The translations under genes were made by a program, and so were the position numbers. Shown piece after piece: positions 63,279-64,000 of a stretch of 64,000 nt of DNA (the first letter of the stretch is position 1; the number at the start of each line of letters is the position of its first letter). The notes below the pieces were generated by a model. It was not told where the DNA came from and did not search any database. It worked only from the letters and a program-made list of their open reading frames with translations. The stretch comes from Lama guanicoe (taxonomy: Eukaryota), in the NCBI GenBank assembly GCA_013239625.1, contig MU054212.1, forward strand, positions 5,304,270 through 5,368,269, given 5' to 3'.

Positions 63279-63962
63279 TGTAAGGCAAATACAAACTAAA
63301 AATAAAAGGTTTAATTCTCCCTGTTAAAATAAGGGGAAAGATTCCCCTTCCTCCATTTTCTTGCAGCATCTAATTAAGAAAACTTTTAAGTTCTTACATT
63401 GTCTCTTTGAAAAATATGTAAATTCTTTTAAAAGCTAAATGAGACTTGTGCCACCTGAAGGACCCAGGAATGTCTTTTTCAAGGACCTAGGAACCATCTC
63501 ATTAAAAAGTAAACATCAAAAGAGCATCTTCATCTCCCCATTTCTGTGGAAGGGTAAGAGTATAGCTTCCTTGAGTACCTTGCTCCAAGTTGCAAACTTA
63601 CTTCCTGCCATAGATACGAGAAGTTTGTTTTTCCTCTGCACAAAATCAATTAATGGGCACAGATAGTCATTCCAATTGCCAAGTGAATTTAGGATGAACT
63701 ATGTACAATACATGATGCCGTCAAGTCCTCTTGTCAGAGGAGTAGTTATTGTTTATCTTGAGAACGTGTATGTGGTGGGTTGTATCTGCTTGGCTGTGTG
63801 AGATTTCTTTCTGTATTTACTATCTCTTAGCAAATAGCCTGTGATGTGCATCACATTCTGGTTCAATAAAAAAAACCGTTTCCTTTCTCGACTTGAAAAA
63901 TCTTTGTGGAAAGATTTTCTGCACTGAGGGAAGATTTTGTGTTCAGTTTTATTTCCTTAGCA
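63279..63962 (+). mobile_element. ERV1 solo LTR, about 684 bp (MER39/MER34 group)
   Basis: TG...CA termini; 'cccaggaatgtctttttcaaggacctaggaaccatctc', 'cttgctccaagttgcaaa' and 'gcctgtgatgtgcatcacattctggtt' followed by AATAAA. Confidence 0.8.
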
Positions 63963-64000
63963 TTCATCATAATGCTACTTAAGATGAACAGAAATTATAT

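Noticed and set aside
1..64000. Novel multi-gene system, viral insertion, NUMT or processed pseudogene
   Set aside because: By eye I found no long ORF, exon chain or recognisable viral, mitochondrial or mRNA-derived sequence. A BLASTX of the repeat-masked window would be the decisive test.

Overview
Non-coding, AT-rich eutherian nuclear DNA (gene desert or large intron), most likely from a camelid. It carries two tRNA-derived SINEs of the Vic-1 type, and I saw no Alu, Bov/CHR, PRE-1 or Can-SINE copies. No protein-coding gene, rRNA, real tRNA, CRISPR array or prokaryotic feature is supportable. The listed ORFs are chance ORFs or decayed LINE ORF2 fragments. Much of the window is fossil transposable elements: L1 of several ages (some with readable target-site duplications), L2, MIR, MaLR/ERVL/ERV1 solo LTRs, and Tigger and hAT DNA transposons. 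The points most worth following up are a deeply nested TE stack at 11.7-19.9 kb, a complex templated inverted micro-rearrangement inside an L1 at 13.76-13.85 kb, several TE-free motif-dense blocks that look like conserved enhancers (best at 32.3-33.05 kb), a tail-to-tail L2 hairpin, and a tiny TA-flanked inverted-repeat element. I found no evidence for a novel multi-gene system. Repeat subfamily names are recognised from memory of consensus sequences, not from a search, and boundaries of old elements are approximate.
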